A stretch of 63,846 nt of DNA, the filler included, from Octopus bimaculoides (taxonomy: Eukaryota), in assembly GCF_001194135.2 (NCBI RefSeq). It is 6 parts of 6 records of this genome, joined end to end, with 100 filler letters (N's around TTAATTAATTAA, not from the genome) between each part and the next. Parts side by side here need not be neighbours in the genome. Positions count along the whole stretch, not along the records: positions 53,766 to 63,846 come from NC_068996.1; 5 more parts are not named here. One strand, given 5' to 3'. This document shows, piece after piece, positions 61,673 through 63,846 of this stretch. The position numbers were made by a program, and so were the translations under genes. The notes beneath the pieces are model-generated. The model was not told the DNA's origin, made no database searches, and was given only the letters and a program-made list of their open reading frames with translations. Position 1 is the stretch's first letter, and every line of letters begins with the position of its first letter.

Positions 61673-62686
61673 CCTTTGTACAGGAAGCACAAGGCGTAAA
61701 ATTTGGGGGAAGGGATTAAGTCGATTACATCGACCCCAGTGCTGGTACTTATTTTATCGAACCGGAAGGTTGAAAAGCAAAGTCGACCCCCGAGAGGCTG
61801 AAAGGTAAAATCGACCCGGAAAGAATGAAGGGCAAAATCGCCTCCAANNNNNNNNNNNNNNNNNNNNNNNNNNNNNNNNNNNNNNNNNNNNNNNNNNNNN
61901 NNNNNNNNNNNNNNNNNNNNNNNNNNNNNNNNNNNNNNNNNNNNNNNNNNNNNNNNNNNNNNNNNNNNNNNNNNNNNNNNNNNNNNNNNNNNNNNNNNNN
62001 NNNNNNNNNNNNNNNNNNNNNNNNNNNNNNNNNNNNNNNNNNNNNNNNNNNNNNNNNNNNNNNNNNNNNNNNNNNNNNNNNNNNNNNNNNNNNNNNNNNN
62101 NNNNNNNNNNNNNNNNNNNNNNNNNNNNNNNNNNNNNNNNNNNNNNNNNNNNNNNNNNNNNNNNNNNNNNNNNNNNNNNNNNNNNNNNNNNNNNNNNNNN
62201 NNNNNNNNNNNNNNNNNNNNNNNNNNNNNNNNNNNNNNNNNNNNNNNNNNNNNNNNNNNNNNNNNNNNNNNNNNNNNNNNNNNNNNNNNNNNNNNNNNNN
62301 NNNNNNNNNNNNNNNNNNNNNNNNNNNNNNNNNNNNNNNNNNNNNNNNNNNNNNNNNNNNNNNNNNNNNNNNNNNNNNNNNNNNNNNNNNNNNNNNNNNN
62401 NNNNNNNNNNNNNNNNNNNNNNNNNNTATGTACGTATGTATGTATATGTGTATGTATGTATATGTGTGTATGTATGTATGTATGTATGTATGTATGTTTG
62501 CATATATGTATGTATGTATATGCGTGTGTATGCATGTATGTATATGTGTGTGTATGTATGTTTGTATGTATATATAGGTGTATGTGTGTGTGTATGTATG
62601 TATGTATGTATATATAGGTGTATGTATGTGTGTGTATGTATGTATGTATGTATGCATGTATGTTCGTATGTATGTATGTATGTATA

Positions 62687-63590
62687 CGAGGTGATATCCA
62701 AAAGTAACTGGAAAAGTTCTCGGTGGGATAAGCCCATTGTAGTTCAAGCTTCCGCCGCTAGAAGCCACTTGATGTGACCCTCAGGCTTCAGTATGCCGGC
62801 CGGCGTCCTATGGGAGAGACGTAATACTACGTGGTGCGTCTTTGCCTTGAAGTGCTTCTCCCATGTTCGTCGATTTTTGCGATGGCTGAAACGAAGGAAC
62901 AACATGCTTCCGTGAAATTCTGTTTTCTGCTGGAGAAAACGGCGGCCGAAGCAGTTGTCATGCTTCAAACAGCTTACAAGGACGCTGCCATGAGTAAAAC
63001 AAGTTTAGAAGTGGTTTTCACTCTTTAGGAATAGTTATTTGTCGTTTGAAGACCAGCCTCGTTCAGGATGACTATCGACTTCCCGAATGAATGAAAACAT
63101 CAGGAAAATTCATGGACTGGTCTTGGAGGACCGTCGCCGAACAACTGACGAACTTGTTGATATGACTGCTGTGTCCTGGAGCTCCTGCCAACGAATTTTG
63201 AGCGAGGAAATACGAATGAAAAGAGTAGCAGAAAAATTCGTGCTTCGATCACTCTCTGATGATCAAAAGCAGTCACGACTGAATGCGTGCCATGAACTGA
63301 AAGAACCGTTGGAAGTTGATCCATAGCTTTTTCCGAAGGACATCCCTGGTGACGAAAGCTGGTGTTACGAAATTTGCAGATGTGAAAGAGGTGAATAAAA
63401 ACACGACGGACGCGTTAAAAGGCATCACTTCGCGAGAGTTCCAGGACTACTCTGAACAGTGGAAAACGCGCCTGGACCGATGCATTGCTTCGAATGGAGA
63501 ATACTTTGAAGGCGATAAAAGTGTAAACATGTAAAACTGAGTGAATAGAATAATATTGCAAACTTCCGGTTTCTTTCGAGTACCACCTCA
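62687..63590 (+). mobile_element. Internally deleted mariner with both TIRs
   Basis: MAETKEQHASVKFCFLLEKTAAEAVVMLQTAYKDAAMSKT...GDESWCY joined directly to KFADV...RLDRCIASNGEYFEGDK; TIRs cgaggtgatatccaaaag/tttcgagtaccacctca. Confidence 0.9.
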
Positions 63591-63811
63591 TTTGCGTGCG
63601 TGTATTTATGTATACATATATACACACACACACACACAAATAATTAAAAAAAACGTATGGTAAATAAATGACAGAAAGTATACTGGGTGTACAACCGGAT
63701 GGGAGACAGACACAGAAGGTCCCTAATTCTTCATCAGTTATCAACCAAATGGTAATAATCTATATATGTGTGTGTGTGTATGTATACGAGATGGTTTATA
63801 TATACATATGC

Positions 63812-63842
<31 letters not shown>

Positions 63843-63846
63843 TATA

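Noticed and set aside
1-63846. CRISPR arrays, rRNA, prokaryotic operons or defence systems
   Set aside because: No repeat-spacer arrays, no rRNA similarity and no dense intronless ORFs; the sequence is animal nuclear DNA.

Overview
Eukaryotic, AT-rich, microsatellite-saturated draft-assembly DNA with roughly 10% N gaps. The SINE and microsatellite landscape resembles an octopus or other coleoid cephalopod genome (inference). The only confident host gene is the terminal coding exon of an alpha-1,3-fucosyltransferase (GT10, FucTA-like; 1355-1676, +). Most other ORFs in the supplied track are microsatellite or N-gap artefacts. The rest is a transposon mosaic: three tRNA-derived SINE families, internally deleted mariners, Tigger-like MITEs, RTE LINE fragments, several R4/Dong-type RLE retrotransposon fragments, Helitrons and Penelope-type LTR-like repeats. 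Most interesting observations: (1) five sequence families of minimal type-I hammerhead ribozymes with mostly palindromic stem III, at eight loci. One is fully canonical (54081-54116), and one family consistently lacks the conserved A6. (2) An R4/Dong-like family whose two independently 5'-truncated copies both abut (CATA)n. (3) A Merlin-like MITE (31-bp TIRs, 8-bp TSD) whose interior is a telomeric (CCCTAA)n array. (4) A precise CTAG|TC Helitron head-to-tail junction. A few weak candidate exons of unidentified genes are also reported. No rRNA, tRNA gene or CRISPR array was seen.
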